A stretch of DNA of 64,000 bases, from positions 32,001-96,000 of the IMG/VR virus record IMGVR_UViG_3300022745_000021; one strand, 5' to 3'. Both the position numbers and the translations under genes were made by a program. Source of the DNA: a virus. Below the pieces are notes generated by a model. That model searched no databases and was not told where the DNA came from. It saw nothing but the letters and a program-made list of their open reading frames with translations. This document shows positions 1 through 8,539 of this stretch, piece by piece; position 1 is the stretch's first letter; the number at the start of each line of letters is the position of its first letter.

Positions 1-188
1 AGCGGGAAGCCCGTGGCAAGGTCGAAGCGCATCTGCGCGCCGAACAGCGAGCGCGTGCCGCCGTTGCGCCCTTCGCGGCGATCCCCGGTGAGCAACACCG
101 CGTTGAGCAAGTCGAGGTAATGGCGCTCCGGGCTGTGGAAGTCCTCGGCGAAATACCGGGCGCTGGCGTTATCGTGGGGGGCGTTCAT
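1..188 (-). CDS. thyA: Thymidylate synthase, N-terminal part (runs off the left edge)
   Basis: Manual translation MNAPHDN...[42 protein letters not shown] matches the ThyA N-terminus (YLDL...GT.S.FG.QMRFDL..GFP); not in the ORF track. Confidence 0.9.
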   Translation of the reverse strand, partial: MNAPHDNASARYFAEDFHSPERHYLDLLNAVLLTGDRREGRNGGTRSLFGAQMRFDLATGFP

Positions 189-215
189 CGGGTGCTTTCC
201 AGACGTGTTGGTTGG

Positions 216-755
216 TCAGATCAGGCGCTGCATGGCGAGCTTGGTGACGTCCCGGCAGTGCGCGGCATATTCGGCGGTGGCTGGCGATATCATGATCCCG
301 GTCTTGACCGCGTAGAGCGGGAACACGGCGCCGGTGGGGTTCTCGAAGTCGTAGCCCTCGCCGCACCATTCGCTCATCACGTCGATTTCCTGCCAGCGGT
401 ACGCTCCCGCGCGCGGGATGAACTCGCGGAACCGGGATTTGATGACGGCGGCGCGGTTTCGCTCAAATGGATCGCGGAACAGGTCGCAGAACAGGAAGTC
501 GGCGCAGTCGAGGCCGAAGTCGCGGCGCTGTGCTTGCAGCGGGTTGCAAAATTCGATGAGGCGCAGCTTGCGGGATCGGTTCGGGGTCACCCGCCTGCCC
601 GGGACGTAGTACACGGCGGTGACCTCGGGCTTGGCGACGAGCATCGTAACGAACGCATCACTGGGGCCAAGGACGACCACCGTGCCTTTGACAGCGGGAG
701 CGTTGACGATCGCGCGCAGGGTTACCTCGTCGCGATTGGGGGCTGGATCGAGCAA
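216..755 (-). CDS. Hypothetical protein (real start probably TTG at 755)
   Basis: 3' part of ORF 216..1457; AGAAAGG upstream of the TTG, which lies just downstream of the 787-815 promoter. Confidence 0.55.
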   Translation of the reverse strand: MLDPAPNRDEVTLRAIVNAPAVKGTVVVLGPSDAFVTMLVAKPEVTAVYYVPGRRVTPNRSRKLRLIEFCNPLQAQRRDFGLDCADFLFCDLFRDPFERNRAAVIKSRFREFIPRAGAYRWQEIDVMSEWCGEGYDFENPTGAVFPLYAVKTGIMISPATAEYAAHCRDVTKLAMQRLI

Positions 756-786
756 GAGCTTCTGGCCTTTCTGGCGTTGAGAAAGG

Positions 787-815
787 AAGCTAGGTGGAAC
801 ACGTGTAGGTGTCAA
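787..815 (-). promoter_or_regulatory. Sigma70-type promoter with a motif-B operator in the spacer
   Basis: TTGACA-17 bp (CCTACACGTGTTCCACC)-TAGCTT; phased T-tracts upstream (about 850-877). Confidence 0.75.
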
Positions 816-928
816 GGTGATTATGCGTGCCGCGCGGTATGACCCACTGAAACCCCCCGAAAAATCCCACGAAAAAACCCGCCGCACGTCATCGGTGCAG
901 CGGGTTGCAAAATCAGCAGCGGGGACGA

Positions 929-1231
929 TCAGTCGGCGGGGTGGGCCTCCCCTTCCCCCGTGGCAGCCGCCCGGCGCCGGGTCAGTAGCGCGAACACCGC
1001 GACCAGCGGCCACAGCACGACCACGGCCATGCCGAACCCGCGCCCTACCCGGGTGAAGCGAAACGCGGCGAGGAGTTCGTGATCGTCGTAGCTCTGCGAG
1101 CGCGCGAGGGTTGCCAGTTCGGACAACCAGAGCCGCCGGCCTTGGCGCAGGTAGCACAAGACGGTGATGACCAGCAGGATCGCAAGGACCACGTTCATCT
1201 GTACGGCGTTGAGAAGGGTATTCGTGGGCAT
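929..1231 (-). CDS. Small membrane protein
   Basis: 100 aa with two hydrophobic segments. Confidence 0.6.
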   Translation of the reverse strand: MPTNTLLNAVQMNVVLAILLVITVLCYLRQGRRLWLSELATLARSQSYDDHELLAAFRFTRVGRGFGMAVVVLWPLVAVFALLTRRRAAATGEGEAHPAD

Positions 1232-1254
1232 CTGGCAGTGTCTTTCGTTCGGGG

Positions 1255-1359
1255 TCAGGCGGACGTGATCGCGGTGTCAGCCCGGCCGCCGCCGAAAACC
1301 TCCCCCGCGCGCTGCGTACTTGTGTTGGCGCTGGGGGCGTGAACGGTATTTGGTGCCAT
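1255..1359 (-). CDS. Putative 34-aa peptide
   Basis: GGAGG RBS before the ATG at 1359; promoter TTGACG-17-TAGACA at about 1446-1474. Confidence 0.35.
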   Translation of the reverse strand: MAPNTVHAPSANTSTQRAGEVFGGGRADTAITSA

Positions 1360-1776
1360 ATCCAAGGTCCTCCCCCCAGTATGTCGGTTGATGTTGCGCC
1401 CATCGCGGGCATGGCAAGGGGGCATTCCCCCCGTTCCTGATATGTGTCTACGTCCAACTTTGACGCGCGTCAACCTATCAAATCACCATAGGTTCCAAAT
1501 AAATTTCTTGAAATGTTGGATAACGTGAGTTTTTTGCGGTGTACCGGGCACATAGCAAAGGTCCGGGCGTAAAAATACCGTAAAAATGCATCAAACCGCT
1601 ATTCCGCGCCAAGTCAACCTGAACCGTTGTTCACTCTAGCTATGCAAATGATTGCGTTGCACGTCGCCCGGTGACTTGGCGGCCCTCCCCGTAACCGCAA
1701 ACGATGCTTCAAGCAACAAACGTACGTCGCACCGTCCGGCATGGCTTCCGGGGGCGTTGCCCGTGCCTCGCCCACG

Positions 1777-1814
1777 AAAAAGGCCCGGAAAGTGGTTTCC
1801 CACCTCCGGGCCTT
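1777..1814 (-). terminator. Rho-independent terminator
   Basis: AAGGCCCGGAGGTGG-GAAA-CCACTTTCCGGGCC hairpin followed by TTTTT on the minus strand. Confidence 0.85.
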
Positions 1815-1900
1815 GACGCTGCTGACACCACCAATTGGCAGCGGTGATGCCGGCGACCGGCAGGGGGAGGAGACCCACCCGTTACGGCCTTGCGCTTATC
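1777..1900 (-). ncRNA. Putative trans-acting sRNA (~125 nt) with anti-Shine-Dalgarno seed GGGUCUCCUCCCCCUGCCGG
   Basis: Own promoter (1906-1934) and own terminator, no ORF with an RBS between them, several hairpins. Confidence 0.65.
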
Positions 1901-1905
1901 GCTGG

Positions 1906-1934
1906 AAACTATGTCTGATGGCGCTGATTGTCAA
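1906..1934 (-). promoter_or_regulatory. Sigma70 promoter of the sRNA, embedded in the 3' end of the upstream CDS
   Basis: TTGACA-ATCAGCGCCATCAGACA (17 bp)-TAGTTT. Confidence 0.75.
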
Positions 1935-2523
1935 GGTCGAACAGCCGCTTCATTTCGTCTGGATCAAGCACTTGGCGCCCGTGCAGCCACATTTCGAGCA
2001 CCTGCCAGTCCTGCTCCGGGTTGCGCAGCACGATCGTTTGCGGGCCGGTCTGCGTCACCGCGTAGCCCGCGCAGCTGCCAAGGACGAACACCGCCGGCCG
2101 GTCGTCGGCCACCATCGGGTGCCCGGCGATCACCATGTCCGCATCGAGCGCGCCGGGGGTCAGCGTCTTGTCGTCGATCCGCTTGGCGTAGCGCGGCGCG
2201 GCAAGGTACGGGCACACCTGCACCGCGTAGCGCGCGCAGTCCTCGTGCATCGCGGGGTCGAGGAAGGCTCCCTGCGGGTGGGTGAAGCAGATCGGGCCGC
2301 CGATGAACCAAGCCCCCTTCCCTTCGTCCTTGAGCTTGTCGCCGCACAGCCCGCACAGGCCCTTGGTGGCGACTTCGAGCACGCGCATCTGGTCGCTGAT
2401 CGTGAAGTGCGCGCGCTTGCCCTTGTCCACCAGCGCCACGTAGGGGATCGGGTAGCCTCGGGGGTCCTTGGGCCGCTTGCGCAGGCGCTTGGGGACTTCG
2501 ATCGCGGTCTGGGTCGGCATCAT
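1909..2523 (-). CDS. Cys/His-rich phage hypothetical protein
   Basis: GYPIPY...LCGLCG...PAMHEDCARYAVQVCPYL; ATGA overlap with the upstream gene. Confidence 0.75.
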   Translation of the reverse strand: MMPTQTAIEVPKRLRKRPKDPRGYPIPYVALVDKGKRAHFTISDQMRVLEVATKGLCGLCGDKLKDEGKGAWFIGGPICFTHPQGAFLDPAMHEDCARYAVQVCPYLAAPRYAKRIDDKTLTPGALDADMVIAGHPMVADDRPAVFVLGSCAGYAVTQTGPQTIVLRNPEQDWQVLEMWLHGRQVLDPDEMKRLFDLDNQRHQT

Positions 2524-3074
2524 GCGGCAATCCTCGCGCGGCTGCGCCCCAAGGGCAAGGGATAGCGTTTCGTCGCCGGCACGCCGAGCGCCCAGTTGAT
2601 CTTGGCGCGGCTCACCGGGTGCCACTGGGTCTGATCGACGCACACCGAGACGTAGCGCTCGCTGGGGATCACGCGCGAGTGGAGGTGGCCGTGGACATTC
2701 GCCACCCACTGCCCGACTTGGCACGGGTGCACCGGGATGTGGGTCAGCACCAGCCCCTTGAGGTACTTGCAGCCGTGGACCTCCTCGAACATGTCGAAGC
2801 GCCCTTCCCGCATGTTGCCGTCCCAGTTGCCGCCGACCAGTCGCAGGCGGCCGGGCAGGTCGCGGAACACTTCGATGTCCTTGCCGGTGTCGCCGATCAT
2901 CCACACCACGTCCTCGGGCTGCACCAGCGTGCGCCAGTTGGCGATGATCGTGTCGGCCATCGCGGTCAGGCTCGGGAACGGGCGCGGGTTCTTGCCCGGG
3001 GTCAGCACCGACTTGTCGCCGAAATGCGTGTCGGCGATGAACCATTCGTTGGGTAGGGAAGCGGTAACGGTAAT
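2520..3074 (-). CDS. Calcineurin-like metallophosphoesterase (probable ATT start)
   Basis: Motifs ADTHF, IGD, GGNWD, LTHIP and NVHGHLH; the DxH motif lies upstream of the GTG start called in the track. Confidence 0.85.
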   Translation of the reverse strand: MTVTASLPNEWFIADTHFGDKSVLTPGKNPRPFPSLTAMADTIIANWRTLVQPEDVVWMIGDTGKDIEVFRDLPGRLRLVGGNWDGNMREGRFDMFEEVHGCKYLKGLVLTHIPVHPCQVGQWVANVHGHLHSRVIPSERYVSVCVDQTQWHPVSRAKINWALGVPATKRYPLPLGRSRARIAA

Positions 3075-3164
3075 GGGTAGTCTCCTCGGGTATGACGGGG
3101 CGCTGCCTTGCCCCCGGTTTGCTCTCTGCTCATACCGGTTTAGGGGTACGGCGTCAAGCGCTGT

Positions 3165-3749
3165 CTACAAATCGGTCTCGTCCTCGTCGGTCATGTAGCG
3201 GACAAACTCGTCGGGGTCGCGCGGCTGGAACGCGCCGGTGCGCACCATGCGGTCCCGTACCGCCAGCCCGCTCTCGTTGTCACCCCGGCAGGGGGCGAGG
3301 CGCGGATCGTCCGGGTCCACCCCGTTGGCAATCGCCATGTCGCGGTAGCTCGCGTAAAGCGCGACGCCGTCGGGGTTGCCGACGCGGTCCACATCGAGCC
3401 TGCCGTCCATCTGCGCGAAGCGGACGCCCATGTTGTTCGCCGCGTTGACCAGCAGGAAGCCCGCGCACGTCGCCGGGTTTTCCTTGCCGCTGTCGTGGCA
3501 GGCGAACGTGCTCATCGAGCCGTCATAGGCGGTGTTGGCGCTCACCCGGTACGCTTCGGCGGGGAAGAAGCCGATCGCGGCGTCCTTGCGCCACGGGCAG
3601 GTCGCGCACGGCTTGAGGCGGGCTACCGCCTTGGCTCCGTTGCTCTTGGTTTCGAGCCGGACGACCCCCCAGTCGGCGCCGTCACCGCCCTCCCCCACCG
3701 GCCGGACGCGGGTGGCCTCGGTCTGTCTGCGCTTGGACGTGGGCGTCAT
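3165..3749 (-). CDS. DUF6283-like Cys-rich protein
   Basis: PCATCPWRKD...FACH...CAGFL pattern; GAGGAGACC RBS. Confidence 0.7.
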   Translation of the reverse strand: MTPTSKRRQTEATRVRPVGEGGDGADWGVVRLETKSNGAKAVARLKPCATCPWRKDAAIGFFPAEAYRVSANTAYDGSMSTFACHDSGKENPATCAGFLLVNAANNMGVRFAQMDGRLDVDRVGNPDGVALYASYRDMAIANGVDPDDPRLAPCRGDNESGLAVRDRMVRTGAFQPRDPDEFVRYMTDEDETDL

Positions 3750-3894
3750 GGCGGTACGGTCTCCTCGGGTGGTTGCTGCCTGCCCCCTCGTACCATATGC
3801 CCGGTATATGGTCAAGAAATAGGGGTTGCAACCGCGTTGCAACCCCCTCCCCCCTCCGGGTTAATTTTCCGCGCCCGAGCGCGGGCAGACAGGA

Positions 3895-4350
3895 TCAGAC
3901 CAGCGCGTCGGTGATCGTGATCGTGTACTGCTTGTTCGCGTTGCTGTCCACGAGCGTGCCCGAGGCGACGATCGAGGCGGCGTTCTGCGAGCCGGTGATG
4001 TGGACCACCGAGGCGTTGGTGTAGACCGCGTCGAGCAGCGCAGCGTCGGCCGAGCCGGCAACCACCTTGAGGGTGATCGTGCGGGTCAGGACGGCGATGC
4101 CCTTGGTCTGCGAGCCGGTGTACGAGCCGTTCTTGCGGAACGAGCCATCGACGTTGGCGCGGATGAACGCGTCGAACGCAAGGTGGCGGTCGCGCACGGC
4201 GGCGACGTTGGTGAGGTTGGTCTTGTCGATGGCGAGACGGGTCACTTCCGCCTTGACACCGGCCCAGAACGAATAGGTGTCCTTGCCCTGAATGGCGCCA
4301 GCGAGGCTTTCCCAACCGCGCGGAACCTTGCGTGCATTCGAGTATTCCAT
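3895..4350 (-). CDS. Hypothetical protein, possibly a virion accessory protein
   Basis: AGGAGG RBS; Thr/Ala/Ser-rich, beta-like C-terminus; CTTCCTATATG promoter element upstream. Confidence 0.6.
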   Translation of the reverse strand: MEYSNARKVPRGWESLAGAIQGKDTYSFWAGVKAEVTRLAIDKTNLTNVAAVRDRHLAFDAFIRANVDGSFRKNGSYTGSQTKGIAVLTRTITLKVVAGSADAALLDAVYTNASVVHITGSQNAASIVASGTLVDSNANKQYTITITDALV

Positions 4351-4442
4351 GGAAGCCTCCTGTATGTGTAGGCAGCAACTAGCACTAGTGCCCCGCTCAT
4401 ATAGGAAGCGTCGTGGCGGGTGCAATACCGCCCGTGCGGGGG

Positions 4443-4787
4443 TTAATCCAACCCGCCCGCTGCAACGTGTTGCACCAGATCGTGGTAGCCGCCGACGTAC
4501 GCGCCCTTGACGAATATCTGCGGCACGGTGCGCGCGCTGCCCTCCAGTTCGAGGCCGTCGTAGAGCCGATCGCGCTCGGCTTGGGTTTCGAGCTTGAGCG
4601 TGATGTGCTCGGCCCCGAGCCGTTCCAGCAGCGCGTCCGTCCGGCGGCAGAACGGGCAGCCATCCTTGGAAAACACGACGATGCCCTCCTCCAGCGCGTC
4701 CCCGACCATGTCCCACGCGGCGGCGAGCGCGGCGTCGATGTCGTTGTCGGCGATGGCGGGCGGAATGATAGCGGCAGGAGCGTTCAT
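4443..4787 (-). CDS. Glutaredoxin
   Basis: CPFC active site, TVPQIF and GG motifs. Confidence 0.9.
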   Translation of the reverse strand: MNAPAAIIPPAIADNDIDAALAAAWDMVGDALEEGIVVFSKDGCPFCRRTDALLERLGAEHITLKLETQAERDRLYDGLELEGSARTVPQIFVKGAYVGGYHDLVQHVAAGGLD

Positions 4788-5362
4788 GGCGTATTCCTCT
4801 GGGTTGATGCGGCGTCTACATGTGTTGCTTGGGCGGGCCGAAAACAAGGCGCGGCCACTCCATACGGCGGCTTTCCGGGCGGACGATGATGGCGCGGGTC
4901 ACGCTTGGCGCGCTCGGCGCGCAGGAAATAGCGGGCAACCCGGTCGCAGTAGCCGTTGACCTTGCTGCGCGGATCACCGCCGCCGCTGTGCCCCTTCACG
5001 TGTCGCCATTCGAGCGTCAGGTTGTGCCGGGCAAGGAACTCCTGCGCGACCCGCGCGGTCTCGACACGGTCGGGCTGCTTGTGCCCGCCCTTCTTGGTCT
5101 TGGCCCCGGCAATCGCCACGCCGACGGCGTCGTTGTCGGTCTGCGCGACGATGGTATCGCCCGGCTGGATCACACCAGCCTTGAGGCCCATGTGGATGGT
5201 GTTGAGCAGCGCCCGGCTCTCGGCAACGGTCGTGCTGAACATCGCGTCCTTGAGCACCCCGCCGCCGCGCGCGGTGCCGCGTACGGACTTGACCCAGCCG
5301 CCCCACGTCCCGAGGCGCATGTGCGGGCACAGGCCCGCGTCGGAAAACACTGTCACCAACAC
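4784..5362 (-). CDS. rnhA: Ribonuclease HI-like protein
   Basis: FSDAG, AE, TDND, WRHVKGH and N.YCD.VA catalytic pattern. Confidence 0.85.
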   Translation of the reverse strand: MLVTVFSDAGLCPHMRLGTWGGWVKSVRGTARGGGVLKDAMFSTTVAESRALLNTIHMGLKAGVIQPGDTIVAQTDNDAVGVAIAGAKTKKGGHKQPDRVETARVAQEFLARHNLTLEWRHVKGHSGGGDPRSKVNGYCDRVARYFLRAERAKRDPRHHRPPGKPPYGVAAPCFRPAQATHVDAASTQRNTP

Positions 5363-5381
5363 GTGTTGCTCCGACGTGCAA

Positions 5382-5582
5382 TTAGATGAACAAGTCGGGT
5401 TGCGTCGAGACCAGCCGGTCCTCGCCCGAGAGCACGATGCGGCGCGCGAGACCCTTGCGGATCATGGTGGTCGCCCACGAGCGCGTCACGCCGCCGTCCT
5501 TGGGGGTGCCGATCGGTAGACCCCGCGCGCCGGCATGATTGAGCCGTTCCGAGGGGTTCCACGCTGACATCCACCGCTCCAT
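5382..5582 (-). CDS. Hypothetical protein
   Basis: Abuts the upstream gene; fills the operon gap. Confidence 0.45.
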   Translation of the reverse strand: MERWMSAWNPSERLNHAGARGLPIGTPKDGGVTRSWATTMIRKGLARRIVLSGEDRLVSTQPDLFI

Positions 5583-6023
5583 TCACTGGGAGCCTCCCGC
5601 GATCTCGGCGAGCATCACGTCGATCTGGTCCCGGGCAGCCTCTAGGTAACGCCGCTTAGCCTGCGCGCCCATGTCGGGCAACTCCCCCGTGGTCAGGCCC
5701 GGGCAGATGCTCGCCGCTTCCAGCATCGAGGCCGCCGCCGCGCCCATTTCGGCGGGCAGGTCGAACGCCATCAGCATGTACGCCGCGACCAGCCGCTGGC
5801 GCCGGTCGATCGGCATGCCGGGCCGGTGCTCGCGCACTTCCCAGTCAACCAAGGTGCCGTCCGGGTGCGTGACCCGGAACGAGCCTTGGTCGTCGCCGTA
5901 GTTGGCCTCCAGTTCGACTGCGAGCGCTTCGACGATCTCGGAAAGGTCGCTGATCTCGGAAAGCTCGGTGTTGCCCTGCACCTTGAGGGTGATCGTCGTG
6001 GTGGTGATCGGTGCCTTGCTCAT
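5583..6023 (-). CDS. Hypothetical protein
   Basis: ATGA-coupled to the upstream gene; phage-like codon use. Confidence 0.65.
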   Translation of the reverse strand: MSKAPITTTTITLKVQGNTELSEISDLSEIVEALAVELEANYGDDQGSFRVTHPDGTLVDWEVREHRPGMPIDRRQRLVAAYMLMAFDLPAEMGAAAASMLEAASICPGLTTGELPDMGAQAKRRYLEAARDQIDVMLAEIAGGSQ

Positions 6024-6385
6024 AGCTCGGCCATCCATTCCCGGTCACCCCAGAGCACCACGGCGTTGCCGGCGATGTAGTCGCGGGCGGACAGGCGGGT
6101 TTCCGGCGCGAGCAGCCCGGCGCGCTTGGCGACGCGTTCCCATTCGAGCGTCGCGGGATCGTTCACGGGCTTGAGCGGGCCGCCGTAGGCACCCTTGGCC
6201 CCCTCGTCGATATAGACGACGCAGCGCTGCTTCTCGTCGCCGAGCAGGGTGTCCCAGCCGGGCACCTTTTCCATGTACTGGCACTCCAGCGCCGCGTAAA
6301 TCTCTTGCAGGCTCGGCACCCGGCCGTCGCAGGTGGTGGTCTCGGTCGTGCCATCGGGCCGGATGACCCGCATGTAACCCTTCAT
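6020..6385 (-). CDS. DUF3846-like protein
   Basis: LQ...YIDE.AK...L.PVN..AT...DYIAGNAVV pattern; GAGGAGAC RBS. Confidence 0.65.
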   Translation of the reverse strand: MKGYMRVIRPDGTTETTTCDGRVPSLQEIYAALECQYMEKVPGWDTLLGDEKQRCVVYIDEGAKGAYGGPLKPVNDPATLEWERVAKRAGLLAPETRLSARDYIAGNAVVLWGDREWMAEL

Positions 6386-6428
6386 GGTGAAATGTCTCCT
6401 CTTGCTGCCGGCTACGAGTATAGCAAAA

Positions 6429-6719
6429 TCACGTTTCTACGTCAAGCGCAGGCTCCGGGGGAAGGCCGTGTTCATACCAGTCCGCGTAGGCCAGATGCCG
6501 GCCTTCTGGGGGAAGCCCTTCCCGCTTGCAACCGGCTGCAAACCCGGCGCAGGGTCGCACTTCGCCCGGCTCGGCGCTGTGGCAGCCCCAGTTGAGGCCG
6601 CGCTCGCGCTTCCAGCCCATGATCTCGAACACCGAGGGCACGCAGCCGAGGTTGATCGCGTTCTCCGCGCGGTCCGAGTGCGAGAACGGGTAGGTAGGGC
6701 ACATTTTCGCGGCGCTCAC
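6429..6719 (-). CDS. Cys-rich DUF6283-like paralogue
   Basis: CPTYPF...WGCH...PCAGF; GTGA overlap. Confidence 0.55.
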   Translation of the reverse strand: MSAAKMCPTYPFSHSDRAENAINLGCVPSVFEIMGWKRERGLNWGCHSAEPGEVRPCAGFAAGCKREGLPPEGRHLAYADWYEHGLPPEPALDVET

Positions 6720-7234
6720 CGCTCGCCCTCCCCGCTGCCCGATCGCGTCCGCGTGCCGCACCCTGCCCTGTCGGGTCGCCAGAAGCGCGCGGCGCGGCCT
6801 TCGGGGTTCTCGTGGTGGAGCAGGAACGCGTTGGGGTTGTCGAACGCCTCGCGCGACGCCTCCAGCGTGGTCTCGGCGACCGCATGCGCGGCGCTGCCAC
6901 AGGGGTGGCCGGGGATCAGGCCCATATTGCGCCGAAACGCCGCCAGACCGGCGCAGGAACGCGGCCGGTCGGCGTCGGGATCGTGGTGGGTGGCGACATG
7001 CCCGTCGAAGTGCTTCGACATGTGGCAGGCGATGTCAGCGGGGCCGAACGCGGCTTCGAGGTACATCGTCGGGGTCCAGCCGCCGAGCGCCCCGGGGACG
7101 GCGTCCTTGCGCCACGGGCACCCATTGCAGGTCTTTTTCGCCGGGCTGCGAAAGCCCTTGGCGGCTGGGACGAGCTTCAAATCCTGCGACAGGGCGTCGT
7201 CAGGCGTGCGGGGGTTGGGTCGGGCTTGCGCCAT
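6716..7234 (-). CDS. DUF6283-like Cys-rich protein
   Basis: TCNGCPWRKD...IACH...SCAG; GAGGAGACC RBS. Confidence 0.7.
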   Translation of the reverse strand: MAQARPNPRTPDDALSQDLKLVPAAKGFRSPAKKTCNGCPWRKDAVPGALGGWTPTMYLEAAFGPADIACHMSKHFDGHVATHHDPDADRPRSCAGLAAFRRNMGLIPGHPCGSAAHAVAETTLEASREAFDNPNAFLLHHENPEGRAARFWRPDRAGCGTRTRSGSGEGER

Positions 7235-7282
7235 AGGTGTAGGTCTCCTCGTTTGCTGCCGAGGACACCTTACACCCGTGGG

Positions 7283-7324
7283 CGCAATAATCAACCCCTA
7301 GATTTGTAGGGGTTGATTATTGCG
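7283..7324. repeat. Perfect 18-bp inverted repeat with a 6-nt loop
   Basis: CGCAATAATCAACCCCTA-GATTTG-TAGGGGTTGATTATTGCG. Confidence 0.9.
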
Positions 7325-7778
7325 AGAGGCGGACGATGACCGAACCGGTCGAACGCGTGAAGTCGAGGTAGTAGGTCTCACCGACCTCCGACGGGATGAT
7401 CGCCAGCTTCTCCTGCGCGTTCCCGGTGAACTGCGCGTAGGCCGCGCCGCCCTGCGTCACCGGCAGCTTGGTGGTGCCGCCGTCGATCGAGCGCAGCAGC
7501 TTGACCGTGCCGGTCCACGTGCCGGACAGCGTCAGCCACATCGCGCGGCCCAGCTGCGGAACAAACGCGTCGCTCTGCCCGGTGGCGTTCAGCGTCGCGA
7601 CCAGCGGGGTGGAACCGGCCGCTCCGACATCGGGGACGAACGAGCCATCCTGATCGACGCCGCCGGTGACCACGGCCATCGCCTGCGGGGACGTCCTGTC
7701 GCCGGCAACCAGCGGCACCGCGCCGTAGAACATCCGGCCGTCGCCAGCATCGAACTTGGAGAGGGTGGGCTTGGGCAT
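7317..7778 (-). CDS. Hypothetical beta-rich protein, possibly structural
   Basis: LSGTWTGTVKLLRSIDGGTT motif; CTTCCTATATG element upstream. Confidence 0.65.
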   Translation of the reverse strand: MPKPTLSKFDAGDGRMFYGAVPLVAGDRTSPQAMAVVTGGVDQDGSFVPDVGAAGSTPLVATLNATGQSDAFVPQLGRAMWLTLSGTWTGTVKLLRSIDGGTTKLPVTQGGAAYAQFTGNAQEKLAIIPSEVGETYYLDFTRSTGSVIVRLSQ

Positions 7779-7884
7779 GGTCGGTCCCCTGTCTGTGTGG
7801 GTTTCGCGTCAGCCCCCCATATAGGAAGGGGGCCGAGCCGATCAACAGCCCGGCCCCCTCGCCCGTTGCAACTGGTTGCAACCG

Positions 7885-8523
7885 TCAGTCGGCCAGCACC
7901 GACGTCTTGGCGTTGGTGATCGCCTCGCGCGCGGCCGGGGTCAGGAACCACGTGAACCCCTCCCCCGTGCGCCTGCCCTCGCTGCGCACGAGTGCCCCGG
8001 CAACCTCCAGCGTCCGAATGCGGTTGCCCGTTTCCTTGACGCTCTTGTCGATCAGCGTGGCAATCGAGCGCGTCGTCAGGCCCTCGCGGAACACGTACAG
8101 CGCCCGCATGATCTGCCTACCCGTGTTCTCCCGCTCGGCCAGCGGCGTGTGCCGGCGGGTCCGCATGGTCGCCGTCACCTCCGTGACCGGTTCTTCGGGG
8201 GCAGGCTTGTGCGAAAGCACCACCGGGCGCGCTACCGCCGCCGGATCGAGCTTGGAGACCACGTGTTCGCGCGGCGGGAGCATGACTGGGATCGGCGTGC
8301 CGCTGACGGCGTGGTTGACCAGCCCGCCCGTCGGGGTACGGCGATCCCAAGGGTACTTGGACGGCTCGGTCGGGGCGGGGAACGCTTCCTCGGGGGTGGC
8401 CCACGCGATCAGCGTTCCAGTGTGCTCGGCCTTGCACGGCGCATCGGTTTCGGGGCGCAGGGGATCGCCGATCGGGCGCAATTCCTGCCCGAACAGCGCG
8501 AAGAACTTGTCGATGATACGCAT
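7885..8523 (-). CDS. Protein with a C-terminal winged HTH
   Basis: GLTTRSIATLIDKSVKETGNRIRTLEVAGALVR. Confidence 0.65.
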   Translation of the reverse strand: MRIIDKFFALFGQELRPIGDPLRPETDAPCKAEHTGTLIAWATPEEAFPAPTEPSKYPWDRRTPTGGLVNHAVSGTPIPVMLPPREHVVSKLDPAAVARPVVLSHKPAPEEPVTEVTATMRTRRHTPLAERENTGRQIMRALYVFREGLTTRSIATLIDKSVKETGNRIRTLEVAGALVRSEGRRTGEGFTWFLTPAAREAITNAKTSVLAD

Positions 8524-8539
8524 GATGCCAGTCTCCTCG

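Noticed and set aside
1490-1600. AT-rich tract as a DnaA-dependent origin
   Set aside because: Only one imperfect DnaA-box-like 9-mer; a better iteron origin exists at 63451-63573.
1830-1890. HDV/theta-like ribozyme fold in the sRNA (GGG-UCUCCUC-CCC)
   Set aside because: P1 and P1.1 pairings and the J4/2 segment could not be completed by eye; a covariance-model search would settle it.
1867-2285. Plus-strand GAGGAGACC as the RBS for ORF 1890-2285
   Set aside because: The nearest start is about 17 nt away, the product looks like shadow sequence, and promoter and terminator polarity are minus-strand.
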